This document shows positions 37,536-50,871 of a stretch of DNA of 64,000 nucleotides, piece by piece. The position numbers were made by a program, and so were the translations under genes. This stretch comes from Azolla caroliniana. Its lineage: Eukaryota; Plantae; Polypodiophyta. The stretch covers positions 4,030,001-4,094,000 of the forward strand of contig JBHGNT010000009.1 in the NCBI GenBank assembly GCA_043228905.1, in the 5' to 3' direction. How positions within the stretch are numbered: the stretch's first letter is position 1; each line of letters begins with the position of its first letter. The notes under the pieces were generated by a model that did not search any database, was not told where the DNA came from, and worked only from the letters and a program-made list of their open reading frames with translations.

Positions 37536-39065
37536 TACTGGTTTGTCATTCCTTGGTGCCTCCCGACGCTCCTCTCTACGGAAGAATCCACGCCTTTGGT
37601 TCCGTCGGAAATTCCGGTTCCCTGGCCGCCTTTCTTCTCTGCGTCGCTCGTATTCCGGGGATTCGTCTCGGTCGTACCGGTCCCGGGGGTAGCTATCCCT
37701 TCGGTTCTCCTCTCGGTCATAGCTGTCGCGTCTTCTATCGGGGTATCTGTCGCCGCGTTCTCGTCGGTAGCGGTCGTCCCTCCGGAATCGATCCTCTTCC
37801 GGGTCCCGATTGCGCGGTTCTATGTGTCGGACCGGTGCCGCTTGTCGAGTTAACAGGTTATACTCGCATTGGTTCGTTGTGTGGGCGCGAGAATTGCATA
37901 TCATGCACTGTGCGCGCAGGGTGCAGTCAACGGTCGAGTGCCCCGAATTTAGGCATGTTGTGCATTGTAGGGCTTGTCGGAACCGGAGGTCCTCCTCCTT
38001 CGGAAGCGCCTGGTGTAACGCCCCCATCGGCAAGAAGGGGCTCGTGTTGTCCATTTCCAGGACCCGATCAATGACTTGGTCCATTGTGCTGGTGCTGAAA
38101 TCGATGATTCCACACATCGCTCGAAGTGGGTCTTTTAACGCAGCCAAAAAGACTGCCTTGGCCTCCTCTTCGGGTGGTGCTCTTGCTAATTGACTGTGCA
38201 AGGTCTGGAAACGAATGATAAATTGTGGGACCGTCTCGTTTTCTCCCTGCCGAGTGGTGTAGAATTGTCCGACCAATTCCCTTTGTTCCACTCGTCTATG
38301 AAACAAGCGTAAAAACTGGGTTTTCAATGCCTCGAACGTGGCGAAGCTGCCTGGTAAGTGCTTGTCGTGCCACCGGGCCGCCGGTCCTTCTAATGTCATG
38401 CCGAATTCGGCGACTTTGGATCGGTCGGCCTCGGGCTCCGTCAGTCTCTGGGACACGTGGTTGGCTTCCCATGTTCGCAGGAATGCATACACATGTGCCT
38501 CTCCGTCGGGCTCATCCCGATACTTTGGGTACGGATACGGCATCGTGTCGTCCCACTGATTCTCCTGCGCTGGTTCCTCCGATGTCGGTCTCCGCTCCTG
38601 CGGTTCCTCCGCAGGTGGTGTTGGTATCCGCTCCTGCGGTTCCTCCGCGGGTGGTGTTGATAACCGCTCCTGCGGTTCCTCCGCGGGTGGTGTTGATAAC
38701 CGCTCCTGCGGTTCCTCCGCGGGTGGTGTTGGTATCCGCTCCTCCCTCCTCGGCGATTGCCGGTCACCGAACTCCAGAGTTAGTTCCTCCTCTGGCTCCG
38801 ATGTTGCTGAGTGATCCGACTCAAAGGGGTTGTTCTCGTGGCTGCTTTTATAGCGGGATCCCACGCTTTCCCCGCTATCCGAATCCGCCTCTAATGTTGC
38901 AAATGCCGCTGCGTCCCCGTCGCCGCCAGCGAGAGTCTGTAGTAGTGTCTCCGCTTCTTGGAGGCTGGTTATGCTACTGCCTTCGTCGGAAGCTTGTAGA
39001 ACCTGGAACTGCAGTGCGTCTTCTGCGATTTGCCGAAGCGTTTTTGAGTTGCTTGAAATTAAGCT
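37368..39065 (-). CDS. Retrotransposon Gag (capsid plus two zinc knuckles, 12-aa Pro/Glu repeats)
   Basis: PYPKYRDEPD, FYTTRQGENETVPQFIIRF, CTTCLNSGHSTVDC, CMICNSRAHTTNQC. The frame stays open upstream of 38864 to about 39065 without an ATG. Confidence 0.8.
   Translation of the reverse strand, partial: SLISSNSKTLRQIAEDALQFQVLQASDEGSSITSLQEAETLLQTLAGGDGDAAAFATLEADSDSGESVGSRYKSSHENNPFESDHSATSEPEEELTLEFGDRQSPRREERIPTPPAEEPQERLSTPPAEEPQERLSTPPAEEPQERIPTPPAEEPQERRPTSEEPAQENQWDDTMPYPYPKYRDEPDGEAHVYAFLRTWEANHVSQRLTEPEADRSKVAEFGMTLEGPAARWHDKHLPGSFATFEALKTQFLRLFHRRVEQRELVGQFYTTRQGENETVPQFIIRFQTLHSQLARAPPEEEAKAVFLAALKDPLRAMCGIIDFSTSTMDQVIDRVLEMDNTSPFLPMGALHQALPKEEDLRFRQALQCTTCLNSGHSTVDCTLRAQCMICNSRAHTTNQCEYNLLTRQAAPVRHIEPRNRDPEEDRFRRDDRYRRERGDRYPDRRRDSYDREENRRDSYPRDRYDRDESPEYERRREERRPGNRNFRRNQRRGFFRREERREAPRNDKPVATPENRKTEDNRRGMPLPQTWEKGETSDKTDPNSGRNSATGKRTASSNRNRSDTG
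38593..38742 (-). repeat. 36-bp tandem repeat x4 encoding ER(I/L)(P/S)TPPAEEPQ
   Basis: Directly visible in DNA and in the gag translation. Confidence 0.9.
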
Positions 39066-39649
39066 CTATCGTTGGTGGATGGGGAACATAGAAATCCAAG
39101 TTGATGCTACACATTATGCGTGTTTTGTCTACCTAAATTTGTCTTTCATTTCAACCCTACCTTTTTCGTTGGATCATGTGAATTGGGATTGTTTTCTATC
39201 ATCAATGGATGATGAATATAGAATTCCAAGCAATATTAGACACTCATACACTCTCTATCTATGAATATTTTCCTTGTACTCGAACCCCACCTTTGTGTTG
39301 GATTGTGCCATTTGAAACTATGCTCTATCTGTAGCAAATGTTAAACATACAATTTCAACTACATGTTAAGACATTGACCTATTATCTACGTATACCATAG
39401 GCGAGGTAGGGCACTGATATTTACAAACATAAGTGGAGGGTATATTCACTAGTATTAGAAAGGAATATTGTGATTGGATAAAGGGCATGATATGTGCATG
39501 CATTACCATGATCTTGACAAGTAACGAATGGAGAATCAAATACATCCATTCAAGGGGTCTACGAAGAAGTATAAATACGAGGCCTAATTATCCTCACAAG
39601 GGACATTGCACCAAAAGGTTGAAGTCTCAAGACACTAGTTATTTCTCAA

Positions 39650-41350
39650 AATTTTGGAAAAAAGCATAATATGGTTTGGCGACCTTTCACATTACAAAGG
39701 GTTTGATCTATCACAGTGGAAAGGTTTGCCAGATTCACTAGAGGTCAAGAAGAAAATTCTTCATGAATGTGTCACAATCAAAGTTTCGAAGTCGGTGTAG
39801 ATTTTGAAGGCAAGAAAACAATAATTTGTATAAATTGGAGACCAATATGACAAGGATGTTAAAGTTTATGTTGAACCTGAATGGTTCAACACTGAGTAGA
39901 TAATCCATTTATATAGCATATGTATAGGATCACGCGTGATCATCACTCAGCATACGTTCTATGTGCCACTTGGAGTACATGTATGTATGCCACTTGGCAA
40001 TCATCCATTGTGTACAATAATGTGGTTTTTCTTGAAGGTTATAGGTTTGAATCTTGATATTGACATTTTGTGACAAAATGTAATGATGCACCATAGTCAA
40101 CAATCCTAGAATCCAACGAACACTCGTTATCATCTTTACCACTTTTTTTGGCCCAATAAACATATTGACATGCATAAATACATGACTTAATGTTTTCAAT
40201 GTTTGCTTAATAAAGTTGAGCACCTAGATATTCCCAACAACAAATGAGAATTTATATGTATGGATTTTATTGCTAGTTTATTTCGTACATAGAGAAGTGG
40301 AAATGTTATTTGGGTTATTATTAACGGCCTAATGAAATTGGCTACATTTATTCCCACGGAAACCATGGTAATTGTTAAACAATCAGCTTATCAATTTGTT
40401 GACGAGTTATTTTGTTTCAACTTATCAATTTGTTGATGAGCTTATCAATGGATATTGTTAGTTATCGACATTCCAAGTTTATTTGAGTTTGGACAAAAAT
40501 CTTTAGGAAGCTATAAACTAATTCTAGCCTAAAGTTCACAGATCATCCTTAAGTTTGATGAACAAACTAAACATATTAACAAAATATTAAGGACATGTTT
40601 TGGGCTTATATAGCAAAAAACCCTCTATATGGGAGCAATACCCTCATATAATAGCTCAAAACATATATCCACTAGATATGGCCATTTCATGTTGATGCAT
40701 AACATAATATAGTTTGCTCATAATAGTTATAGTCATTTTATGTAGATGTATGGGTTTTCACCCACATGCCCTAGTTACTATCATGATACATTGCACAATA
40801 CACAATTTTTGCAAGAAATGATGCAAATTGCCAAAAAGAATGTTAAGATATCTCAAGATCATGTGTGGTTTTTTGTTGATCATAATAGACGTCCTCGTGC
40901 ATTTATTGTTGGTCAAAAAGTTTTATTGCGTGTACTTACTGACTCTAAGTCGTTATCTACAAGCAAGTGACATAAGTTAGCCCAATGATATTGTGGTCCC
41001 TTTGATATCCTTAAGTGAGGAGGATCACGTGCTTATGACATTGCCTTACCTCATGGTGTTGGGATTCAACCTATTTTCTGCATCAATTCTAAAATCATTT
41101 TTAGGCTCAGATGATAACACCGTCATAGTAAACAATATTGTAACATTAGAGAATTTGTCTTATAAACCTCACATTCCAAAAGGAATTTTTTATTCAAGAA
41201 CTATAATCTTACATTTTAAACAGATTCATCAATTCAAGATCAAATGTATGGATAGATCTATTTATGATGACACTTGGGAATGAGAGAATACTCCTAAGGC
41301 ACAATTTCCTCAATTTATATTGCAAGAGTGCAATGTTTTGAAACGATGGA
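39650..41350 (+). mobile_element. Highly decayed Gypsy (chromovirus-type) integrase/chromodomain remnant
   Basis: Fragments MDFIASL, DHNRRPRAFIVGQKVLL and FKIKCMDRSIYDDTWE (chromodomain-like). Confidence 0.6.
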
Positions 41351-41814
41351 GTATGTTATGTACACTAATAAGTGTATCAGACACTAATATTTACAAAACA
41401 TAAGTGAAAGATAAGTATGTTCACTAATCCTAGAAAATGTGCTAATATGATCGGATAAAGAGAGTGATAAGTATCAGGGTTGTGGCAAAGAATAATATCA
41501 AATTGAATACGAGAATGAGAAGAGAGAAATGAAGGAGACATAATATGATATTAGCAATGTATTAACAATAAGAACAAAGTTTACAATAATATTTCTAAGA
41601 TCGGTGTTGAACCAGAATGGTTCATCAACACATGCTTATATAACATGGTTTGGATACATGCATGCACACATGTCACTTGGTGATCATGCATTATACTATG
41701 TAAGTGGCAACAATTCATAATGTTACATATACTCTCAATGATATAATAAAAGTTATAAAAACATTAAAGGCAATGATCTATTCTCGTGCTCAAAGTTACA
41801 TTTTTTTGAAGAGG

Positions 41815-43170
41815 TCATGAGTTCAAATCTCTATAATATTATCCCCTTCCTTTGATAGTGAGTTCCATGAGTTGCATTGCATAAAATAGGAGATGAATTA
41901 TTCAAATATCCATGATAAATTTAAACAATAAGTTTTGTCCCATCATTGAGATTTTCAACAAGTTCCCATGTTCGATCATTTAGTGTATAACATAATCAAT
42001 CAACAGAATAATGCAATTTGTTGTGCACAATTTTGAGTCCCCAAAATGGTTTTCAACTCATAATCTAGAGCTTCATCCAGCTCAATACGGGGTGGAGGAG
42101 AAAAAGCACAATACGGAATAAAGTTCAAATCATATGGTTCCAAAAGTAATACATGGAACACTAGGTGAAAACACATATGAGGAGGGAAATAAGACAAAAA
42201 CAATGTCATTGATCTTATTAGAGATTACATTTGGACCAAGCCATTGATAATCCAACTTGTGACAAAGTCTGGTGCTATTTATATCACATCGTAAGAGCCA
42301 TATATGATCTTTAACTCGAAACTTGGGTCTTTCTAGTGGTGATTCAATATGATGACAATCTACAAATTTCTTATGTGTAATATCCCGAGCATTATGTAAA
42401 TGATGAGAAAGAGTAACACAAATTTCTTAGAGTTAATGTAGGCAAACAACCACAATAAGATTTTCTGAGATTTCTTAACGCTCAAGTATTGTCCAATTGG
42501 GATGGACACCCGTGTTGGTAAAGAAGGGAGTAAATTTGGTAGATGAATCAACAAAATTAGTGTAAGCAAACTCCGCAAAATGCTAATAGTCAACCGAATC
42601 ATCCAATTGGTAGTTGATGAAACAATGAAGATACTATGGCTAGGTTTGATCGATAAATTCAGTTTGACCATCAATCGCGATACGATAGCTCGAAGAGAGT
42701 TTACAATCAATTTGGAGGAGCCCAAGCAAAAATTCCAAAATTTTCGAGATGAATTGTGGGCCTAATCATTAATTATGTCATCAAGAAGAACATGATGTTG
42801 AAATACTTCACATATAACCAAAAATGTTGTATCTTGACTATTAATTGTCTTTGTGCATAGAAAGGAATGTGTCATCTTGGTGAACCAATCCACAATTATA
42901 AGAATGGAGTTAAAACCTTTGGAAGATGGAAGACCAATAATGAAATCCAAAGAAATAGACTTTCATGAACCATCTGGACCTTGGACCTGGTAAGGGTTGG
43001 AATAACCATATAATGAATGTTGAGAATACTTGAACCAACAATATGCATCACAACAATCAATATAGTTCTCAACATAATTACAAATATGCCACCAATAACT
43101 TCTATAAATTAATTACAAAGTCTTGTGGATTCCAAAATATCCAGCCATTTGCATGTAATGGCACTATTGT
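41815..43170 (-). mobile_element. Decayed Gypsy (Tf2/chromovirus-like) integrase/chromodomain remnant
   Basis: MDFIIGLPSSKGFNSILIIVDWFTKMTH and HLVFHVLLLEPY...PPPRIELDEALDYE. Purine tract on the minus strand near 41845. Confidence 0.7.
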
Positions 43171-44369
43171 AAGATTAGGAGACATGAACGAACATCATGA
43201 GCATTAAGTAAATTATTTTGAAAAAGTTAATTGGCATGCCAACTAAACTTATTATAATTTTTACGAGAACCCTCAAACACAAGAAGAATGAATTGGAGTG
43301 ATATGGTTCAAGATATCTTGTGTTTATATAGCATGGTTCATCAATACTCGAACACATGCATGCCCGTCGCATGACATTCATGCAAGCACACCACTTGAAT
43401 TTCATGCACTAGCTTGTGTAAGATGGTGATATTTCATAACATTACATAAGACTCTCTATGCACCTAAATTCACCTTATAAATGAACTCTACCTTCCTATT
43501 CAATCACAACTCAATATCTACCATACTATGCTTGCATACACTTATTTTGTTTACTTTGATTGATTTCTCACAAGAATATCCAAATGTGGAGTGACCTAGA
43601 CAAGGCAAGGTTGTGGTTCTTGAAATTGCTTGCCCCTATGTATGAAAAAGATGCACATCAACTTTTGATCTACATTAGTTATTATCCATTTCCGTTTCAT
43701 AACCGCTCCAATAACATTGATGTGAACATACATCTCTTGATTTTGTTTCTAATTTGACATGTTGTAAATATTATTTCATGTCGTTGTTAGGTTCCCGTTC
43801 ATAACATGTTTTTTGCACTCAAAGCTTGTTGTTTTGTAACATTTGTCCTTTCCAAGGTTAATCAATGGCGTAGTGTAAAAATCTCAATAATTTAAGGTTG
43901 TCCTTGAATTTTGACCTGGTTCAATTGTAATTCCAATTATGAGCTGAGTTTTTCAAAAAAACATTGCTTATTTGTGAATTTCCCTTTTGTTATGAAAGTT
44001 ATATATAACGTGGAATGTACAATCAATCTCTATTTATTCTCATCTTTCTTGTAATGAGATGGTAGAGTACTTACAATTGGTCTCAAAATTCTCTAAAATG
44101 ATAACAATGACCACGTCCAAAAACCTTGATCACATGTTGGACATGTTTCTATTGTTCATGCCAGATCCTAATAATATTATGATATAATATGATGTTACCT
44201 GAATCAAGGACACCTAAGTTCTAAAATCTATCAATTTGGCCATCTCTGTTATTTGGAAACATTTTACCATCAATCTTTAATTGTATGTATATGCTTGTGT
44301 TTTGCCACAAAAAGCAATTCTCAAATAAATTCCCAACGGTTGATAGCATGGTTTTAATCTCATTATTGT

Positions 44370-44506
44370 TGTTGGCATAAAATGCCGACTCCTTCAAACT
44401 TGTATCCGATTGAGTGTGAACTCGTCCACATAGTTAGGGCTTAGTATATAAGCAATAACCTAACGTTGTAAAGGGTGATGATCCACATTGTATCAAGTCT
44501 CGGAGT

Positions 44507-44589
<83 letters not shown>

Positions 44590-44718
44590 AATAAAGTTTT
44601 CCATTAAAGCTCGTTTTTGTGTAAGTCTCTACCTCCCTCCCCTTTTGTGTTGCTTTCGGAGTATGCAAACAGGTTCTCATACGCTTCCGCATACGCACAC
44701 ACCTATCAACCTTTCACA
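44370..44718 (+). repeat. 5' LTR with internal (GT)n(GA)n
   Basis: Direct repeat of 50558-50871. Confidence 0.93.
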
Positions 44719-46946
44719 ACTGGCATTAGAGCAACCTTGTTGTTTGGTGGCAACAGACAACATAAGAACCTCAAAAGAAAAAGATGAGGTCAGTAAAAAT
44801 CTCACTTTTTCATAGAAGAATATGGTTTCAACATCCGGAACAGGAGTTGAAATTAGAAAGTTCGATGGCAAAAGTTTTGCACTTTGGAAGGAGATGATGG
44901 AGGATGTTCTGATCATCGGAAGACCAGTCGAAGCTATTCGACATAGCGAAAAACATGCTTCGATGACAGCCGAAGAGTGAAAATTGATGGACGAAATTGC
45001 ACGCTCTACCATCTGAATGCATCTGGCTGAAAACGTCTACTTCAGCATGGCAAAAGAGACGACAACGTTCTCACTATGGGAAAAGTTGCAAGCCAAGTAC
45101 GAGAAGAAGTCCTCATCTTCGAAATTGATTTTGATCAAACAACTTTTCAACATAAAGATGAGAGAAACCGATTCGGCTACCTCCCACATCAACGCCTTCA
45201 GCCGGGTGTTGTCAGAACTCTCCTCACAAGGGATCAATTTCGAAGAAGAAGTGAAAGCCCTTGCCCTCTTATCGAGCTTGATGGCGAGTTGGGAGGTATT
45301 CTGCACGACATACGCCAATAGTCAACCGATCCTAAATCTGGATGAGACAATCGGCCAAGTCCTCACCGAGGACATTTGGTGAAAATCAATGGGAATTACC
45401 ATCGATGAATTGGCAAAAGCCCATCACTCAACCGAGTCATTCGACCGACAGAGTCGTACGAGAGAACAAGCTGACAGAACCGCTTGGAATAACAACCGAT
45501 CAAAAACGAGGGGAGACCGACAACGGTCGAAGTTGAAAACAGGCCGATTAGACGAATTCTGCACACACTGCAGAAAAGTTGGCCACAATGTTTCTGACTG
45601 CTAGTCAATCAAGAGGAAAGAGAATGGTCGCCGATCCGAGCGGAATCGAGGTAGACTCGACTCAGACCACTCTCCAACTGGCAACCAAATCAACGTTGCC
45701 GACTCTCCATCGGGACAAATTCTCTCCTTAGAGGACTCCATGATCGGGGAAGTCCTCTATAGCGCACAAGATGCACACACATGGTTACTGGATTCCGGTG
45801 CCACATTTCACGTGACCCCCAACATAGAATGGTTTTCGAACTATTCGGCCGACACCAATGGCACAATCCGATTGGGAAACGAGCACGAGTGCAGAATCGC
45901 AGGAACCAGAGAGGTACCCATCTGATTGCCCAATGGCAACATGATCACCTTGCACCAAGTCAGGCACGTACCCGATCTCAAAAGGAGTTTGGTCTCCATC
46001 GGCATGCTAGCCAATACAGGTACCGAACGACTCTAAGTGAGTCGATATGGATGATCAACTAGGGAAATCTCAGAATTGGGAGTGGACACAAGTACAATAA
46101 CTTGTACCCACTAATGGTGATCAATCCAGAAGGGGCCATGAACGTAGCCGAAAAGACTGACCCAACCCTATGGCATGGCCAACTCGGCCATATGTCTAAA
46201 GCCGGACTTGATCGGTTGATGTCGGTAGGATACATCCCGATACTCCAAGCAAAGATGAACTTCTGTGAGCACTGTCAATATGGGAAACTGACCCGAAGTC
46301 CACACTCTCTCCACTACGAGACAATACGACATCCCCTAGAGCTCGTGCACACAGACATATGTGGGCCCATGCCAAAGTGATCGCTAGGAGGCTCCCGATA
46401 CTTCATCACACTTGTAGATGATTGTACACGGAAAGTTTGGACATACTCCATCAAGTCCAAAGACGAAGCGCTCGAGGTCTTCACTCGATGGACATCTGAA
46501 GTGGAGAACCGGTCGGGATACAAAGTGAAGACACTCGGATCCGACAACGGAGGCGAGTACACCTCCAAAGCCTTCAAACATTACCTGTCCAACAAAGGGA
46601 TCTGACACCAAAAGACCGTTCCCTACACACCCATGCAAAATGTATTGGCAGAACGATCCAGGAGAGGGTGACGACTATGCTCCAACAAGCCGAACTATAG
46701 TTGGAATTCTGGGCTGAGGCATTGCAAATGGCAGTATACCCGATAAATCTGGCGCCATCAAGAGCAACCAGGCTCAAAGTGCCCCAAGCACTATGGTCTA
46801 GCAAAAAACCGACCTACGATAGGCTTCATGTATTCGGATGCAAAGCCTACGCGTTCATCCCCAGGGAGAAAAGGACAAAGTTGGCACCCCATGCAACAAA
46901 ATGCGTATTTCTCGGTTACGGAACCAATTGGGACTTTGGCTATCAG

Positions 46947-47372
46947 TGTCAAGATTCGAACTCTTGACATGACCATGTTATAATCGAGTGTTATGTGTTA
47001 ACCACACATCTAGCATATAATCATGTATATACTTCCTCATTGTAGGTTTTAGCAAGCATCATGTGCATAATTTCTCCCTCGTATTATTTACACTTAGCAC
47101 ATGCATGCGTACCTACTGCCTACATGCTCTATTGTATCACATGCGTGCAACAGGTATGCATGCCACTTAGTATAAATAGTTGAGTTCACCTTGAAGGAAT
47201 TCAAGGTGAACAACACCAGTCATGGACATATCAATCTAGTATTCTCATTTCGCCCATCTTCTCTCCTTAATCTTCATCTCTATCTTTATGCTATTGTGTC
47301 GTTCCGTCATCGCTCCGTCGTAGCCTCATCATCCGTGCTCCGTCTTAGTCTGCACTTGGTGTGTCCGTGACA
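46947..47372 (+). mobile_element. Solo LTR inserted in the Copia integrase region
   Basis: tgtca...tgaca termini, TATA tataaata, flanks atcag/atcga (likely a mutated ATCGG TSD). Removing it restores GYRL-DP. Confidence 0.85.
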
Positions 47373-49234
47373 ATCGATTATGGACCCTAAGAACCGGAAA
47401 CTGATCCGGAGCAGTGACGTAGTCTTCAATGAAGACTCTATCTTCTCTCAACGGAACCAACATAAAATAGAAGGGAAAAAGGTATCTTTCAAAGATGACA
47501 GAGACGTCGTAAAAAGACCAACCCATCGGGCTGACTCAGAGATTCGACAAACAGTCGAGCTTGACCAAGCCGACAACATATCTGCCGACTCTGAATTGGT
47601 AGAAACTCCACTAGTCGAACTCGAAGACAAAGCCATCAAAGACAGAGCCGATTTGACAAGAGTCGAAGCCAACAAAGTCAACAAGATGCGAGTAGGAAAC
47701 AAAACCAAGTCGACAAAGTCCATAGGGGAGAACAACGTGACACCACCGAAATCCCGACATGGGGGCGGGTCACCTAACAAGACTCCTGACACAAATGGTT
47801 CAACAAGTACTAATCGACCTACAGAACTGATCGAATACTCCAAACCTCTTAACTCAGCACCCAAGAGATCTGGACGAGCTCGAAGGTAAAAAGAGTTCTA
47901 CCAACTGGGCCTCGACTACGTCAACTACACTGATGTAGGTGAACCAAGCACATATGAAGAAGCTATGGCTGCACCAGACGCCGATACATGGTGACAAACC
48001 ATGAAATTTGAAATTGACTCGATTCACCAAAATCAGACATGGGAGCTAGTTGAACTACCAGCTGGAAGAAAGCCATTACCTTGCAAATGGGTGTTCTGAT
48101 ACAAGTATGTATCTGACTCAGAAAAACCCAAGTACAAAGCTCGGCTTGTCGCGAAAGGATTCAAGCAAGAACACGGGGTCGACTACAATGAGATATTCTC
48201 ACTAGTAGTCAAGATGACCACCCTCCGACTCTTACTAGGAGTTGTGGCGACAAAAGATCTTGAGCTTGAGTAAATGGACGTCAAGACGACATTTCTACAT
48301 GGAGATCTGGAAGAAAAAATATATATGTCTCAACCGGCAAGTTTCTCGGCGACGGGGGACGACAGTCACCTTGTATGTCGACTAGAGAAAAGCCTATATG
48401 GCTTGAAACAAGCGTCGAGGATGTGGTACCAAAAATTTGACTCTTACATCAGGCAGCTTGGATACCGCAGATCAGACTCCAACCCATGTATGTATGTCCG
48501 GCAACTGGCCGACGAGTTCAGGATCTAGCTGATTCTATAAGTCGACGACATGCTTATTGTGGGAAGAAATCAACCAGAGATCGGAAAGCTAAAATAGAGC
48601 CTTCACAACAAGTTCGCGATGAAGGAACTCGGACAAGCCCGTCACATATTGGGCATGAGGATCAAGAGAAATCGGACGACCAAGACTCTCCAACTCTCCC
48701 AACGCGACTATACCTGGAAGGTGCTGAGGCGCTTCAACATGCAGAATGCGAAGCCAACACCAACACTATTTCCGACGTCGCCTCAACTATCAGACAAAGA
48801 CTCTCCTTCAACGGACAAGGAGAGAGAGCTTAATGGAAAGATGCCCTACGCATCAGCCATAGTAAGTATCATGTACGCAATGGTGGCGACCCGACCAGAT
48901 CTAGCCTATGCCATAGGAGCGGTCAACCAATACATGTCAAACCCAAGACGGAAGCATTGGGAGGCCGTCAAGAACATCTTTAGGTACCTGAGAGGGATCG
49001 AAGATACACAACTGACTTTCGGTTTGACGACCTCAACCGAAGTTCAAGGCTACACTAATTCTGATTATGCCGGAAACACGGACAATCAGAAATCAACATC
49101 AAGCTATATTTTCACCCATGGTGCAATATCATGGAGGTCAAAGCTTCAACAGTGCATAGCCATGTCAACCACAGAGGTCGAGTACGTAGCAGCATCAGAA
49201 GCAGCGAAGGAAGCAATCTGGCTGCATCGAGTCC

Positions 49235-50064
49235 CATGGTTGTTTATGTACCCATAGTTAATGTTTAAATACGTATAGTACCTCATAATTTGTATAGTGC
49301 GTACTATACCTCAATGTTGTTCAGCCAAATATCATGTACATTTGTCCAATACCGTATTTAATGTACATTTGAAAAAACAGGTATAATACGTATATTATAA
49401 AAAAATGTAAGTAAAACCCCCAAAAAAAAGCAAAATAAAAAAAAGATTTGAGTGAAAAGGAAGCAAAAAGAAGAACAGAAGAGATGACGAAGAAGAAGAA
49501 GAAAAAGAAAAAGAGAGAAAAGAAGACAGAAACCTGTCCTAACTCTGAGTGTGATAATCGCAGAAGATAGAAGAAGAAGAAGAAGAAGAAGAGAGAAAAG
49601 AAGAGAGAAACCTATCCCGAGTGTGATAATCGTAGATGATTCCTCAATCTATGAAGGCACAATCATAAATAATTACAATTTGAAGTAGAACATTGTGATA
49701 CACACATACACTTATTTATTGAATAAGTGAATGTCTACATCCATATTATAAGTATTTTAGGATGTGAAATGTTCAAATGTCTTATATGATTTTAGGATGT
49801 GGAACCATAATGTACATCACAAAATTGTGTAAACATAGATGCTTTTTACAATATTACAAATATTTTTTAGAAAGGTAAATAATTTTCAAATTCTAGAAGT
49901 ATTTAACATATTATACGTACTATATGTAAAATACGTATTTTATAAGTATTTAACATATTAAAAAACATATTTAACGTATTTTTAAATTGGGAGGTACTAT
50001 ACGCGTATTAATACGTTATATATGTATGGTATCCATACGGTATCTAACGTACCTAACAACCTTG
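49235..50064. mobile_element. Non-autonomous hAT-like DNA transposon (MITE) in the Copia RNase H
   Basis: Imperfect TIRs catggttgtttatgtac / gtacctaacaaccttg and duplicated gcatcga flanks. Removing it restores WLHRLSAD. Confidence 0.8.
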
Positions 50065-50557
50065 GCATCGATTGTCTGCCGATTTCTCATCTACAAGCCA
50101 AATCGACCGACCAACACCGACCATCTATTGCAACTCGCAAAGCGCAATTCACCTCATTAACAATCCCGACTATCACGCAAAGACGAAGCACATTGAGCTG
50201 CGGTACCATCACATACGGGAGCTCATAACTAAGAAGAGGCTTGAAGTTCGGAAGATTGACACCAAGGTGAATATCTTTGATTGCTTGACGAAACCACTCC
50301 CAAATCAACGCTTCGGAGCACTAAGGATGAAGATGGGACTATGACAAGCAACCAAGCAGAAGAAAGCTGAACGGGGATTAGAAGGTAAGATATGATCGGA
50401 TCAACCACAACGACAATTACTATACCTTTGCCGACTCGGCCCCATGTTGACTTACTTGTAATGTAAATTTAGGATAATCTTGTAATCTAGATTTACGAGG
50501 GAGATAACCCCAAACATTTGTATACACAAGAAAGAGTAGTCCATTTACGGGGGAGTT

Positions 50558-50688
50558 TGTTGGCATAAAAGTCTGACTCCTTCCAACTTGTATCCGTCCG
50601 AGTGTGAACTCGTCCACATAGTTAGGGCTTAGTATATAAGCAATAACCTAACGTTGTAAAGGGTGATGATCCACATTGTATCAAGTCT

Positions 50689-50747
<59 letters not shown>

Positions 50748-50871
50748 AGCTTTCCATTAAAGCTTGTTTCTGTGTAAGTCTCTGCCTCCCTCCCCTTTTG
50801 TGTTGCTTTTCGAGTACGCAAACAGGTTCTCATACGCTTCCGCACACGCACACACCTACCAACCTTTCACA
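50558..50871 (+). repeat. 3' LTR with internal (GA)n
   Basis: Direct repeat of 44370-44718. Confidence 0.93.

Larger units (their letters stand above)
35090..39065 (-). mobile_element. Pol-less Gypsy-type LTR element: gag + long coiled-coil ORF + single (3') LTR, 5'-truncated
   Basis: GC-rich block with a capsid-like gag and two CCHC knuckles. No PR, RT or IN motifs. LTR-like 35090-35455 (minus strand tgtgttggcc...ccagccataca, with TATA cctataaaag). Confidence 0.75.
44370..50871 (+). mobile_element. Full-length but decayed Tnt1-like Copia element carrying two nested insertions
   Basis: LTRs 44370-44718 and 50558-50871, TSD ATTGT on both sides, PBS tggcattagagc at 44721, PPT gggggag. Gag IRKFDGKSFALWK, protease WLLDSGAT, integrase HTDICGP, RT MDVKTTFLHGDLEE. 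Many stops. Confidence 0.95.

Noticed and set aside
37368-39065. Domesticated gag gene (Arc/PEG10-like)
   Set aside because: An LTR is still attached, the 5' end lacks an ATG and the downstream ORF has a stop; better read as a TE
43168-43740. Possible further solo LTR inside the decayed Gypsy
   Set aside because: TATA-like and TG start seen, but no convincing end or TSD
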